The translations under genes and the position numbers were made by a program. Below, piece by piece: positions 5,347-5,410 of a DNA stretch of 5,410 bases (positions within the stretch are counted from its first letter, which is position 1; every line of letters starts with the position of its first letter). The DNA is from a virus (Duplodnaviria > Heunggongvirae > Uroviricota > Caudoviricetes): the IMG/VR virus record IMGVR_UViG_2737471817_000013; one strand, written 5' to 3'. Below the pieces are notes generated by a model. That model saw only the letters and a list, made by a program, of their open reading frames with translations, was not told where the DNA came from and did not search any database.

Positions 5347-5410
5347 TCTGAAAAATCACGAAAAAAATTATATTTCTCTGGCTATTGGCAGTGTGGTTAC
5401 GTTTTCGTGA

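Larger units (their letters stand above)
1..5410. mobile_element. Segment of a P4-like satellite prophage / phage-inducible chromosomal island (alpA-to-primase early region); boundaries, integrase and att site lie outside the window
   Basis: Co-occurrence on one strand of an AlpA/Vis-family regulator, a phage antirepressor-like gene and a P4 alpha-type primase/helicase, with tightly packed, overlapping small ORFs typical of phage early operons. This is inferred from gene content only. Confidence 0.6.

Noticed and set aside
5219-5410. Plus ORF of 63 aa at the right edge
   Set aside because: The reading frame is produced by the 10-bp direct repeats (the translation is itself repetitive), and the SD is weak. 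I treat it as a non-coding iteron region, although a small protein is not strictly excluded.
1-5410. CRISPR arrays, tRNA/rRNA genes, integrase, att core or IS elements
   Set aside because: There are no spaced identical repeats with unique spacers, no tRNA-like cloverleaf candidates, no long terminal inverted repeats and no tyrosine-recombinase-sized ORF. The element's integration module must lie outside this window.

Overview
This window looks like the early/replication region of a P4-like satellite prophage or phage-inducible chromosomal island, with no integrase or attachment site inside it. Most genes run on the minus strand: an AlpA/Vis-family regulator (4812..5000), a 266-aa Rha/KilA-type antirepressor-like protein (3959..4759), an unresolved ORF starting at 3966, three small coupled unknown ORFs (2434..2799, 2121..2441, 1815..2114), and a complete P4 alpha-type primase/helicase (1..1818, Walker A GPGGSGKS). 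One well-supported gene runs the other way: an Arc/Mnt-like ribbon-helix-helix repressor (2987..3292, plus strand). Its upstream region carries four copies of TGTGATT arranged as two palindromes over divergent promoter elements, which reads as a repressor switch controlling the primase operon. The most unusual observations are a 1,533-nt minus-strand frame with no stop codon (2434..3966) that crosses this switch, and a perfectly 10-bp-phased iteron-like repeat array with an adjacent AT-rich tract (5281..5378) that may be an origin. All family assignments come from reading the translated sequence by eye; no database search was run.
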